Shown in pieces: positions 8,570 through 18,705 of a stretch of DNA of 64,000 nt. Both the position numbers and the translations under genes were made by a program. Each line of letters opens with the position of its first letter. Position 1 is the stretch's first letter. The DNA lies in NCBI GenBank assembly GCA_034520945.1, contig JAXHNB010000009.1, positions 64,001-128,000 of the forward strand, written 5' to 3'. The notes below the pieces were generated by a model. The model saw only the letters and a program-made list of their open reading frames with translations. It was not told where the DNA came from and did no database searches. The DNA comes from Trueperaceae bacterium (GTDB lineage Bacteria; Deinococcota; Deinococci; Deinococcales; Trueperaceae).

Positions 8570-9945
8570 GGCCCGTTCGCGTCCGAATGCGCGGCCCGGC
8601 CGGAGGCGCGGCCGTCGAGGGCGAGCGCCGGCAGGATCATGGCCGCCATGATGACGCCCAATGCCAGCAGGGCATGTTCGAAGCCACGACCCCCGGCGCT
8701 GGAGGCCGCCACCGCGCCGACGAGCGCGCTGCCGGTGAGCTGCCCGACGCTGGTGAAGATCGTCAGCAGGCCCTGCGACGCGCCGCGGTCCCCAGCGGCC
8801 GCCTCGCTCAGCAGGACGTAGCGAAGCGGCGCACCGAGGAGGGCGGCCAGGCCCATTCCGGCCAACACGGACCCTGCCGCGAACCCGCCGAGACTGCCGG
8901 CGGTTCCGCCGTACGTCGCCAGGCCGGCCGCGGTGAGCGCCAATCCCGCTGTGATCACGCGCCGGGCGCCGTGCGTGTCCAGGAGCCTGCCGGCCAGAGG
9001 CGCGCCCAGCGCCAGCACCACCACCAGCGGCAGAAGCATGAACGACGCCGTCGTTTCGGCCACACCCAACGACGTCACGGCCAGGGAGGGAAGGAACACC
9101 ACCGCCGCCTCACTCAGGCCGGCCCCCACTGCGAACAGCGCCACCAACCGCACCTGTCGCGCCTGCAGCAGGCGCAGCGGCACGATCGCGTCGGCAGCGC
9201 CTCGTTCGACGCGCCAGAACAGGGGCAGCAGCACCGCGGCCAACAAAAAGAGCGGGCCCACGGCTGGGTCCAGCAGCGTCGCCGGCAACCGGGCCGCGTC
9301 CACCTGGCTCAGGCCCAGCGCCAGACTCGCCAAGGCGGCCACCAGGAGCCCCGCGCCCGCCCAGTCGAAGGGGCGGACCGCGTCGGGGCGCGTGTCCGGC
9401 ACCAGCCACTGGGCCGCCACGATGAGGCCCGCCGCCACGGGGAGGTTGATCAGGAACAGCCATGGCCAACCGAAGCGCAGCAGCAACCCGCCCAGCACGG
9501 GCCCCAGCAAAAACGCCAGGCCGAACACCGCCCCGATGAGGCCGAGGGCGCGGCCCCGCCGCTCGACGGGGAAGGTGTCACCGATGATGGCGCTGGCCAC
9601 CGGAAAGATGCCGCCCGCCCCGATCGCCTGAAGGGCGCGCCCGCCCAGCAACACGCCGTACGTGGGCGACAAGGCCACCACCAGCGAACCGGCGGCGAAC
9701 AGCGCGACGTCGACCGTGTACACACGGCGGCGCCCAAAGCGGTCCGACGCCTTGGCCATCAACGGCGCCGACACCAGGTAGAACAGCACGAACACGGTGA
9801 AGATCCACGCGGTGGCGCGCGCGCCCACGGCGAAGTCGCGCTGGATCGCCGGCAGGGCCGGGCCGACGATGGCGATGTCCAACGCCGCCATGAGCACCCC
9901 GACGAACAAAAGCCCAAGGAGACGGGCGCGGCGTCGCTTCTGCAC
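8566..9945 (-). CDS. MFS drug:H+ antiporter (DHA2-like)
   Basis: LDIAIV, SDRFGRR, GRALQAIG, WPWLFLINLP motifs; GTG start chosen after GAAGGGA. Confidence 0.9.
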   Translation of the reverse strand: MQKRRRARLLGLLFVGVLMAALDIAIVGPALPAIQRDFAVGARATAWIFTVFVLFYLVSAPLMAKASDRFGRRRVYTVDVALFAAGSLVVALSPTYGVLLGGRALQAIGAGGIFPVASAIIGDTFPVERRGRALGLIGAVFGLAFLLGPVLGGLLLRFGWPWLFLINLPVAAGLIVAAQWLVPDTRPDAVRPFDWAGAGLLVAALASLALGLSQVDAARLPATLLDPAVGPLFLLAAVLLPLFWRVERGAADAIVPLRLLQARQVRLVALFAVGAGLSEAAVVFLPSLAVTSLGVAETTASFMLLPLVVVLALGAPLAGRLLDTHGARRVITAGLALTAAGLATYGGTAGSLGGFAAGSVLAGMGLAALLGAPLRYVLLSEAAAGDRGASQGLLTIFTSVGQLTGSALVGAVAASSAGGRGFEHALLALGVIMAAMILPALALDGRASGRAAHSDANGP

Positions 9946-9997
9946 GATGGAAATCCCTTCGCATCTCCGAGTGGGGCCGCGCTCGCAACGCGCGCCC

Positions 9998-10023
9998 GTA
10001 CCAACCGACCGGTCGGTCGGTAC
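9998..10023. promoter_or_regulatory. Palindromic operator, probably for the adjacent TetR
   Basis: GTACCAACCGACC|GGTCGGTCGGTAC: 26 bp, one mismatched pair, upstream of the MFS-tetR unit. Confidence 0.7.
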
Positions 10024-10155
10024 GGCCGCATCATCACCGCGCATCGCGCCGGCGGTCAAGCAATGCCGCGTCCCGGCCTCCCGGCCGCGACCGCCCAAGA
10101 CGGGCAGGACGACGCGTCTACGCGCCGTCCAGCGAGCTTGGCCCGCAAGGCAATC

Positions 10156-10395
10156 TCAGCACCGGGCCGCCAGCCACCTCGCGATGTCGTCCCGACGCGG
10201 CCGGCCGCCGGCGTGGACGACCGTGCCGTCGATCACCACGCCGGGCGTCGACAGAATCCCGCAGGACACGATGACCCGCACGTCCTCCACCTTCTTGATG
10301 GTCACCTCGACGCCCATCTCGTCGGCGACCGCTTGGATGGTGTCTGCGGTCGCGTTGCAACTGGGGCACCCGGCGCCGAACACCTGGACGTTCAT
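10156..10395 (-). CDS. Small redox-active disulfide protein (MTH895/ArsE-like thioredoxin)
   Basis: GAGCPSC and GILSTPGVVIDG; AAGGAGG RBS. Confidence 0.88.
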   Translation of the reverse strand: MNVQVFGAGCPSCNATADTIQAVADEMGVEVTIKKVEDVRVIVSCGILSTPGVVIDGTVVHAGGRPRRDDIARWLAARC

Positions 10396-10640
10396 GCGGG
10401 CCTCCTTCGCGTCGCGGATCTTGGCCGCGCCGGCGTCGCTCCTGCATCCATGGGCCGTGGCCGCAGCCTAGGGAGGCGGGCGGCGCGCCCCAAGGTACAT
10501 TCGTCCCTGACGCGGCAGAGAACCGCCTTGCACGCGCGCGGACGCGAACGACCCGGACCGCCACGGATCGATCGACGACTGGATGCGCCCAGGTACACCT
10601 CGTGCCGCCGCACAGGGGGCACCGTTCGCCCCGCTGCCGT

Positions 10641-12065
10641 TCAGTCGAAGTTAGCCCGCCACCCCGCGTACACGCCCCGCGCTCGTACCAAGGCCTCCCG
10701 GTGCGCCTCCGCAGTCGGCCCCGGCGCTTCGGCCTCGCGGCTGGCGAAGCGCGGCATGGGCGCCCCCGCCAGCACGGCGGCGCCCTTCGCGGAGGCCTCC
10801 TGCACGTCGGCGCGGCGAACGGCACGCCCGGTGACGTCCGCCAGGATCTGACGCGTCAGCGCGGGCTCCGCCCCGCCGCCCGTGACCGCCAGCGCCTCGA
10901 CGGAACCGCCCGCTTCGGCGCATGCCGCGACCGCCTCGGCCACCGCGAACACCACCCCCTCCACCGCCGCCCGCGCCAGGTGATCCGGCGTGTGCGACAG
11001 GGCCAGGCCCGCCCACGACGCCCGGGCGCGCGGGTCCATGTGCGGCGTTCGCTCGCCCGTCAGGTAGGGCAGGAAGGTGACGCCTTCGGCGCCCGCCGGC
11101 ACCTCCGCGGCACGCGCGTACAGTTCCTCCCACCCCCACCCGAAGGCGCGGCGCACCCAGTCGAGCGCCAACCCCGCATTCTGCACCGCGCCGAGCAGGT
11201 GCCAGCGCTCGGGCACGGCGTGGCAGAACAGGTGCACCCGCAGCCGGGGATCGGCGACCGGCGTCGCCAGCGGCATGAACACCTGCCCCCCACTGCCGAT
11301 GGTGACCAGCATCGCGCCGGGGTCCACCAGGCCGCAGCCGCACGCGGCGGCGGCCTGGTCGCTGGCCCCCGTCACCACCGGCAGGCCGGCCGGCAGGCCC
11401 AGCGCCTCTGCCGCCTCGGCGTGCAGCGTGCCCGCCACCTCGCCCGACCCGATCAGGGGCGGCAGCATGCTCGTGTCGAGCCCCAGCACCTCCACGACGC
11501 CGGTGGCCCACGCTCGGCGGTAGGGATCGAACAGCAGCGTCGCCGAGGCGTCGGATACGTCCGTCGCCCACACGCCCGTCATGCGCAGGCGCAGGTAGTC
11601 CTTCGCCAACGCCACGCGCGTCGAGGCGGCGTACACGTCGGGCTCGTGTGCCTGGACCCAACGCAGGCTCGGGCCCGTGAACCCCGTGACCACCGGATTG
11701 CCCAGCACTTCGACCTGCGTGCGCCGGTCGACGCGCTCGGCGAACCTGCGCACCTCCGCCTCGCTTCGCGCGTCCGCCCAGCTGATCGCCGGGCGCGTCG
11801 GCCGTCCCGCGTCGTCCAACAGAACCAGGGTGTGCATCTGACCCGAGAAACCGACGGCGCGGACCTCGCCGGAACCGACGGCCTTCGCGACCTCGCGCAC
11901 CGCGTCCGCCGTCGCTGTCCACCACGACTCCGGGTCCTGCTCCGCCCAGCCGGGCCTGGGCGTGTCCAGCGCGTAGGCCCGCGAGGCACGCGCCGCGATG
12001 CGACCGTTCGCGTCGACGGCCACCACCTTGACGCTGGAGGTGCCGAGGTCGATGCCGAGAACCAT
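10641..12065 (-). CDS. xylB: FGGY carbohydrate kinase, xylulokinase-like
   Basis: GIDLGTSSVK, GWAEQDP, GFSGQMH, KDYLRLRMTG, FLPYLTGERTP. Confidence 0.85.
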   Translation of the reverse strand: MVLGIDLGTSSVKVVAVDANGRIAARASRAYALDTPRPGWAEQDPESWWTATADAVREVAKAVGSGEVRAVGFSGQMHTLVLLDDAGRPTRPAISWADARSEAEVRRFAERVDRRTQVEVLGNPVVTGFTGPSLRWVQAHEPDVYAASTRVALAKDYLRLRMTGVWATDVSDASATLLFDPYRRAWATGVVEVLGLDTSMLPPLIGSGEVAGTLHAEAAEALGLPAGLPVVTGASDQAAAACGCGLVDPGAMLVTIGSGGQVFMPLATPVADPRLRVHLFCHAVPERWHLLGAVQNAGLALDWVRRAFGWGWEELYARAAEVPAGAEGVTFLPYLTGERTPHMDPRARASWAGLALSHTPDHLARAAVEGVVFAVAEAVAACAEAGGSVEALAVTGGGAEPALTRQILADVTGRAVRRADVQEASAKGAAVLAGAPMPRFASREAEAPGPTAEAHREALVRARGVYAGWRANFD

Positions 12066-12138
12066 GATGCGGGAGGGTACCAGCGCCTCGCGACGGGCGA
12101 GGACGCGTCCACGTGCGCAGATGTGCGCGTCGTCGCCG

Positions 12139-14409
12139 TCATCGCTCGGTGGACCGCGCGGCCGCGGCCCGCAGGCTCGCCCCCACCGCCGCGCCTTCCC
12201 GGTAGAACACGGCCGGCTGCCCGAGCGGCGCCGGCACCTCGACCCAGTCGCCGTCGCCGCCGACGTGCACCTCCCCGCTCCACAGGTGCACCCAGCGCCC
12301 TTTCGGCAGGTAGAGGGAGACGGCCTCCTGGCCGGCGTCCAAGACGGGCGCCACCATGAGGTCAGGGCCGACCATGAACTGTCTCGTCAGGTCCAGCACC
12401 TCCGGATCGTGCGGGTAGTGCAGGAAGGGATGCCGCACGACGGGCAGGCCCGTCTCGCTGGCCTCCCGCACCAGCTCGCGGCGGTAGCCGGCCCAGGCGG
12501 CGTACAGCTGGGCCATCGAGGCGAAGTGTCGCAGCGTGTCGGCGGTGTCGTAGACCTGGTGGTTCTCGCCCGGCCGGTTGCCCTCGTGCGTGCGAAGCAC
12601 CGGGGTGAACGCGTTCAGTTCCGCCCAGCGCGCAAGCAGCTCGGGCGTGCGGCGGTAGTCGAACGGCCCGTCGGTGATGGCGGTGTACCCGCCGGTGTCG
12701 CCGTGATTCAGGCTAAAGCCGCTGAACCCGCTGGACAACAGACCCTTGACAGCGGTCTCGATGCCGTCGTGTCCGTCCCACGAGACCAGCTGATCGCCCA
12801 ACCAGAACAGGGTGGCGTGGCGCGGCGACCGCGTGGAACCCGAACGGTGGAAGGCGACCACGTCGCCCAGACGGCCGGCATCCTCGATGACCTCCCGGTT
12901 GAAGGCCGCCCACATCTCGGCGTAGCGGGCGTGGACCTCCGCGGCCTCCTCGCCGCTGTGCAGCACAGCGTCGTAGGGCAGCCCCTCCCCGAAGTCGGCC
13001 ATCCAGCCAGACACGCCGCTGGCCAGCAGGGTTTCGGTGACGATCCCCTTCAGCCACGCCCAGGCGGCCGGGTTGGTGAGGTCCACGAGGCCCGCGTCGA
13101 AATCGCCCTGGTCCAGGCGGTAGACCTCGCCGCCGGGCGTCCGTACCAAGTAGTCCGCCGCCTCGGCCTCTGCGAACAGATCACGGTCGTGGACGTGCTG
13201 GCCGGCGTCGTCCGCCAGCATGGGACCGAGGTAGGCCAGCACCCGCACGCCCTGATCGTTCCGTAGCTCGCGCACCCATGCCTCCCAACCCGGATAGCGG
13301 GCGCGGTCCACCTGCCAGTTCCACCACAGCCGGTCCCCGAAGCGGGTGCGCCGCTGCCCGACCCAGTCCTGCACCCAGACGGCCGCCAGGGGCACGTCGT
13401 ACGCACGCGCACGCCCCAGCACCTCGTCGACCCGTTCACGGCCGCCTTGGACCCCCAGGATGGCGCCCTGGTGGACCCAGTCGGGCAGCGGCGGCATGCG
13501 CCCGGCATACGCGGTGTAACGGCGGATCAGGGCGGCCGGGGTGTCGCCGTACACGATCTGGCCCCGCATGGTGCCGGAGAACAGCTCGATGGTCGCCGCC
13601 TCGTCTCGGCGCAGGTCGAACGCGGCGTAGGCCGAGCTCTCCAGGAACAGCGAGCGAAGCTCGCTGGTGAGGTAGTGCGGCACGGCGGCGTAGCTGGAAT
13701 GCCAAGATCCGCCCGCTCCTTCGGTGAGATCGGCCGCCAGCGTGAGGGGCTGCAGCCCGCGCCCGACCCCCTGCTCGCCGATGAATATGGGCAGGCGGCG
13801 GCCCTTCATGTCCAGGTGGCTGAACTGCATGCCGAAGCCGAAGAAGCGTTCGCCGGGGTCGCTGTGGTAGCTGAGGTAGCTTCGGTCGATCTCGGCGTCG
13901 TCGACGTGCAGCTCGAAGCGAAGGCGGTCCGGACCAGCCACGGTGAACTGGAGTCGGTAGGGCGCGCGCCGCTGGCCGTTCGGGCTTCGGACCTCGCCGC
14001 GAAGCGTAATCGTCTCTCCCCCGGCCTCGATGCGCGTGAGGTGCTGCTCGGAAAGGCGCACCTGCACGTCGTCCCGCACCGTGAAGTGTCCACGCGACAT
14101 GGACACCGTCTCGTCGCCGTCCGCCGCCGCCACGAATGCCCTCCCCGACTGGCTGGCCCACAGGCGACGACCGGGCTCCGCCCGGTGCGTGACGCTGAGG
14201 ACGAACCCCGCCTCGGTCTCCTCGGTCTCCTCGGTATGGAGTCGGAACGGTCCGACGGCGTGGGTGCGCGGCACGCGCACAGCGCCGTCCACCGTGATCT
14301 GCCCGGCCGCGCGCCCGGGGGGATGCCATCGCGCCCACATCCACCATGCCAAGGAGGCCACGACCAGGAGGGCGAGCACCACTACGGCGAGCGAACGACG
14401 GCGGCTCAC
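12139..14409 (-). CDS. GH31 alpha-glycosidase, YihQ/sulfoquinovosidase-like, with N-terminal membrane anchor or signal
   Basis: EQGVGR, LGVQGG, VQDWVG...FGDRLWWNW, WMADFGE, WLGDQ, DTGGYT, RTHEGNRP. Confidence 0.85.
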   Translation of the reverse strand: MSRRRSLAVVVLALLVVASLAWWMWARWHPPGRAAGQITVDGAVRVPRTHAVGPFRLHTEETEETEAGFVLSVTHRAEPGRRLWASQSGRAFVAAADGDETVSMSRGHFTVRDDVQVRLSEQHLTRIEAGGETITLRGEVRSPNGQRRAPYRLQFTVAGPDRLRFELHVDDAEIDRSYLSYHSDPGERFFGFGMQFSHLDMKGRRLPIFIGEQGVGRGLQPLTLAADLTEGAGGSWHSSYAAVPHYLTSELRSLFLESSAYAAFDLRRDEAATIELFSGTMRGQIVYGDTPAALIRRYTAYAGRMPPLPDWVHQGAILGVQGGRERVDEVLGRARAYDVPLAAVWVQDWVGQRRTRFGDRLWWNWQVDRARYPGWEAWVRELRNDQGVRVLAYLGPMLADDAGQHVHDRDLFAEAEAADYLVRTPGGEVYRLDQGDFDAGLVDLTNPAAWAWLKGIVTETLLASGVSGWMADFGEGLPYDAVLHSGEEAAEVHARYAEMWAAFNREVIEDAGRLGDVVAFHRSGSTRSPRHATLFWLGDQLVSWDGHDGIETAVKGLLSSGFSGFSLNHGDTGGYTAITDGPFDYRRTPELLARWAELNAFTPVLRTHEGNRPGENHQVYDTADTLRHFASMAQLYAAWAGYRRELVREASETGLPVVRHPFLHYPHDPEVLDLTRQFMVGPDLMVAPVLDAGQEAVSLYLPKGRWVHLWSGEVHVGGDGDWVEVPAPLGQPAVFYREGAAVGASLRAAAARSTER

Positions 14410-14494
14410 GGGAGGGGCGACGGGCCGGGCGATATCGTGCCAGCTTCGATGCCCTCAGCCTACACGCACCCAGTGGCGTGTCGTCGGGGCAGCT

Positions 14495-17362
14495 TCAAGG
14501 CTGGCGATCCAGCGGAAGCCGTTCGCGCGCGACCAGCAACCGCCGGAACGCCGCCTGCTCGAGCGGCCGGCTGAAGTAGAAGCCCTGCCCGACGGAACAG
14601 CCGAGCCTCAAGAGGGCGTCGCGCTGCGCCCGCGTTTCGATGCCCTCCGCGATCGTGTGGGCACCGATCGATGTCGCCAGGCCCAGCACCGACGTCACCA
14701 CGCTGCGGCCGAAGGGATCCTCGGGCAGGCTTCCCACGAAGGCCCTGTCGATCTTGATCCGGTCGAACGGGTAGTCGCGGAGGTAGGCCAGCGACGAGAA
14801 CCCGGTTCCGAAGTCGTCCAGCGCGATCTGCACGCCGAGTTCGTGCAGGGCGTGAAGCTGGGCGCGGAGTTCCCGCGACTCGTACGCGAACACCGACTCG
14901 GTGATCTCGACGATGAGGGCGCCGGGGTCGAGTTCGTGTCGGGCGAGGGAGGCTCGAACGTCGCGCACGAAATCGCCGTCGCGAAGCTGCTCGACCGAGA
15001 CGTTGATGGCGAGGCGGACGGGGTCCAGCCCTTCGTCCTCCCAGTTCCGCAGGGTCCGGCACGCCTCGCCGAGAACCCAGCTCCCCATCGGGCCGATCCG
15101 TCCGCTTTGCTCGGCCACGCCGATGAACATCCCGGGCGGCACCAGGCCCCGCTCGGGATGCTGCCAGCGGATGAGCGCCTCGCACGCCACTAGGCGTCCG
15201 GTCGTCAGGTCGACCTGGGGCTGGTAATGCAGCACGAACTGTTCCTGTTCGAGGGCCGCGCCCAACTCCTGGACCAATCGCACGCGGGCGCGGGTCGCCT
15301 CGTGAAGCGCCTCGGTGTAGGCCTGGCCGTTGGCGTTGACGCCGTGCTTGGCGGCGTGGAGCGAGATCTCCGACTCGCGCAGAAGCGCTTCGGCGTCGCG
15401 GGACTGGTGCGACACCTGCGTGTAGCCCACACGCATCGCGACGGTCAGCTCCACGCCGGCCACATGGAATGGGTCCGCGAACATGCCGTCGCTGCGCCCG
15501 ACGAGCATACGGACCACGTCGCCTGGCGGCCCCTCGGAGGGGACGAGCGCCGCGAAGCCGTCGCCGCCCGTGCGCGCCACCAGCCCGCCGGGGCCGGCCC
15601 GTGCCTGTAGGCGCCGTCCGACGGCCCCGAGCAACGCATCGCCCACCGCGTATCCGTGCGCCTCGTTGACGTTGCGCAACTCCCTCAGGTCGAGAGACGC
15701 CAAGATGGCGCTCGGAGACGTGTCGCCCGCATCCAAACGCTCCTGAAGCATCCGCACCAGCCCGTCGCGGGAGTACAGCCCCGTGGTCCGATCGGTGTGG
15801 GCAAGTTTCTCCAACTCCAGCTCGGCCTGCTTCTCCGCCTCGATGTCTTGGATCGCCCCTCGAACGGCGACGACCACGCCGTTCGTGTCGCGTACCGGCT
15901 CGCCCACCACGCGGACCCACACGCGACGGTTCTTGGCGGTCACGATCTGCAGCTCCTCGTGGATCGGCGTGCCTTCGGCACTGGCACGCTCCATGGCGCG
16001 GGAGATCCGTGGTCGGTGCTCAGGCGGGTAGTACGCGAGTGCTGCCTGGGGCGTAGGGCGCGTGCCGGGTGGCTCGTCGTGAATCTCGCAGACGGTGTCG
16101 GACCAGGTGATCTCGCCTGTGCCGAGGTCGACGCTCCAGCCGCCAATGCTCGCCATTCGGCCCGCCATCTCGAGCAGCTCCCCTTGGCGGCCTACCGCAT
16201 CGTGCGCCTCGACGAGTTCGGTCACGTCCTGTACGGTGCCCGAGACCGACATAGGTCGACCGTTCTCGTCGTGCAGGCGTTCGCCGTACAGCTGCACGTG
16301 CCGGATCTCGCCGTCGGCTCGAACGATGCGGAACCTTCCCTCGCCGCGGCCCTCGCCCTCGACGAGGGTCGCGTGCAGCGCCTCCACGTTGGCGCGATCA
16401 CTGCGGTGCACAAGCTCATACAGGGAAGCGGAGCTCGGCCGGAAGCTGTTCGGGGCATGACCGAAGATGCGGTACGCCTCGCGGGTCCAGACGTACGCGT
16501 CGGTGCCGAGCTTGCGATACCAGGTCCCGATGCGGGCGATGCGCTGGGACTCGGCCAACATCCGTTCCCGTTCGGCCAGCTGGGCATGGGTGGCGGCCTG
16601 GCGGTCCAGCATGGCGTTCAGGCCAGCGCCGAGGCGGGCCACCTCGTCGTGCCCGGACACGTCGGCGCGGGCGCCCTCGTCGCCCCCCGCGACCCGGTCG
16701 ACGACCGCCGCCAGACGACCGACCGGCGCGCCCAGGCGCCGGTGCAGCAACCCCAAGGCCGCCAGGCTGAGCAGCGCGAAGGCGAGCGCCGCACCGAAGA
16801 ACCCCAGAACCGCGACGTACAAGGCGCGGTTCTCTATGTCGAAATGGGCACGAAGCATGGCGTCCATGGCGCTGTCGAGTTCGCCGCCGAGCGCCGCCAT
16901 GCGCGACATCACCTCCGCCATCTCGCGCGGAACGCCGAGCGCCCCCTGTCCGCCCTCGCGTTCTGCCAGGGATGCGCTGCCCGGACCCGCGTAGCGGTCT
17001 GCCAGGGCCAGCATCTCGCCGATCGCGCCGACGGCCTGCTCGGCCGCGGGGTCGGTGTCAGCCCGTTGCGCCAGCGCGTCCTGAACCGCGCGGGCTTCGC
17101 GCTGGAACGATTCATACGCCGATGCGGTGGCGCTTGAAAGAAGAAGCGCGTCGCTGGCGGCCGACAGGTCGTCCAGTCGAACCTGCAGGTGCGTGAGCTG
17201 ATCCAGCTCCTGCTGATGCTCGCGCACCTCACCCAGCGTCCACGCCCCGAACGTGGCCAGGCCGACCATAGCGACCAGGCTCGAGGCGATCAGGGCCAGC
17301 GACAAGCGGGCCAGCCTCACGGCGGCGATCCTTGTCGCGCGTGGCCCAGTGACGTGCGGCAC
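14495..17362 (-). CDS. Membrane sensor HAMP-PAS-PAS-GGDEF(degenerate)-EAL, likely c-di-GMP phosphodiesterase
   Basis: Two TMs, HAMP (DEVARL), two PAS/PAC, GGDGF, EALIRW, DDFGTGFSS, IAEGIET. Confidence 0.9.
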   Translation of the reverse strand: MPHVTGPRATRIAAVRLARLSLALIASSLVAMVGLATFGAWTLGEVREHQQELDQLTHLQVRLDDLSAASDALLLSSATASAYESFQREARAVQDALAQRADTDPAAEQAVGAIGEMLALADRYAGPGSASLAEREGGQGALGVPREMAEVMSRMAALGGELDSAMDAMLRAHFDIENRALYVAVLGFFGAALAFALLSLAALGLLHRRLGAPVGRLAAVVDRVAGGDEGARADVSGHDEVARLGAGLNAMLDRQAATHAQLAERERMLAESQRIARIGTWYRKLGTDAYVWTREAYRIFGHAPNSFRPSSASLYELVHRSDRANVEALHATLVEGEGRGEGRFRIVRADGEIRHVQLYGERLHDENGRPMSVSGTVQDVTELVEAHDAVGRQGELLEMAGRMASIGGWSVDLGTGEITWSDTVCEIHDEPPGTRPTPQAALAYYPPEHRPRISRAMERASAEGTPIHEELQIVTAKNRRVWVRVVGEPVRDTNGVVVAVRGAIQDIEAEKQAELELEKLAHTDRTTGLYSRDGLVRMLQERLDAGDTSPSAILASLDLRELRNVNEAHGYAVGDALLGAVGRRLQARAGPGGLVARTGGDGFAALVPSEGPPGDVVRMLVGRSDGMFADPFHVAGVELTVAMRVGYTQVSHQSRDAEALLRESEISLHAAKHGVNANGQAYTEALHEATRARVRLVQELGAALEQEQFVLHYQPQVDLTTGRLVACEALIRWQHPERGLVPPGMFIGVAEQSGRIGPMGSWVLGEACRTLRNWEDEGLDPVRLAINVSVEQLRDGDFVRDVRASLARHELDPGALIVEITESVFAYESRELRAQLHALHELGVQIALDDFGTGFSSLAYLRDYPFDRIKIDRAFVGSLPEDPFGRSVVTSVLGLATSIGAHTIAEGIETRAQRDALLRLGCSVGQGFYFSRPLEQAAFRRLLVARERLPLDRQP

Positions 17363-17559
17363 GCCGCCCGCCTCGCGCCGGCCTCGTCATCCGCCGCGAT
17401 GCCCGCGCCCTGATGGCTACGCGCCGCCGTGGGCAACCTCAGCAACGTCCTCTCCCTCGCCCGAGATGCGAACCGCCCTGATCCCGTTACCGTACGACAT
17501 GATCGGCACCGAACGAGTCGCGGCGTCACACCCTGTTTCCGCCGAACCGGCCCTGACCG

Positions 17560-18540
17560 TCACGACACGAACGTTGACGACGCCCCCAGCCAATCCCGCG
17601 TCTGCGCTTCGGTGAGGTTCCCCCCGCACAGAATCGTTCCCACCGTCCCGCCCCGGAAGCGCTCCGGCTCCTCCAGCAGGGCCGCCACGCCCACCGCGCC
17701 CGAAGGCTCGATCACCACGCCGGCATGCCGGTGCACCAGGCGCATGGCCTCGATGATCGCGTCCTCGCTGACCAGCACGGCGTCGTCGACCAGGTCGCGC
17801 ATGTCGTGCAGCGCCTGCCGCACCGGAATGCGCACGCCGATGCCGTCCGCGATGGTGTCGACCGAGGCGTGCTCGACCGGCGCGCCCGTGCGCCAGGACT
17901 CGATCATGGCGGGTGCGCCGGCGGCCTGAACGGCGACCATGCGCGTGCGTGGGCTGCGGGCGTCGAGCACGGTCGCGACGCCGTTGAACATCGCGCCGTT
18001 GCCGAGCGCGACCAGGAGCGCGTCCAACGGTTCGGGGAAATCAAGCCACTCCAGGCCCATCGTGCCCGCCCCCTCGACCGTCTCGACGTCGAGGCCATCC
18101 TCTACGAAGCGCACACCGCGCTGCTCGGCCACGCGCTTCGCCTCGAGCTTGGCCGCGTCGAAGTCCTCCCCGTGCAGCACGACCTCGGCGCCCATGGCGC
18201 GCATGCGGCGGATCTTCAGTGGGTTGGCGTTCGTACTGGCGTACACGGTGAGCGGAACCCCGCGCGCGCGGCAGGCGTACGCCATGGCCTGCCCGAAGTT
18301 GCCGGCGCTGGCGCACATCAGCGGGGCGTCGTCCACCCGTTGCGACACGAAGAAGTCGGCGCCGCGCCCCTTGAACGAGCGGATCGGGTTCAGCGACTCG
18401 ACCTTGATGGCCGTCCGCACGCCCAGCGCCTCGCTGAGCGGTTCGCACACGAACTGCGGCGAGCGGGTGAACACGGGGTCGATCGTCCGGGCGGCCGTCT
18501 GGATCCGATTCCACCTCAGGCGAGGCTGCGCCTCGTGCAT
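17560..18540 (-). CDS. PLP-dependent threonine/serine dehydratase family enzyme
   Basis: SFKGRGA PLP lysine, ASAGNFGQ, TIADGI, EPSGAVG, CGGN. Confidence 0.88.
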   Translation of the reverse strand: MHEAQPRLRWNRIQTAARTIDPVFTRSPQFVCEPLSEALGVRTAIKVESLNPIRSFKGRGADFFVSQRVDDAPLMCASAGNFGQAMAYACRARGVPLTVYASTNANPLKIRRMRAMGAEVVLHGEDFDAAKLEAKRVAEQRGVRFVEDGLDVETVEGAGTMGLEWLDFPEPLDALLVALGNGAMFNGVATVLDARSPRTRMVAVQAAGAPAMIESWRTGAPVEHASVDTIADGIGVRIPVRQALHDMRDLVDDAVLVSEDAIIEAMRLVHRHAGVVIEPSGAVGVAALLEEPERFRGGTVGTILCGGNLTEAQTRDWLGASSTFVS

Positions 18541-18705
18541 GCGGCAACGCTACCAGCACCATGTACTCCATCGCGGGCCCGGGGAAGACGGACGTTCGCC
18601 CACGGTGTTCGGAACTTTGGCGCCACGATGCGCGCGTCGCTGCCGTAGCTTGCTAGCCTGCAGGATGAACACCGAGCGCTCGTCGCGTGCGGCGAAAGGA
18701 GGCTC

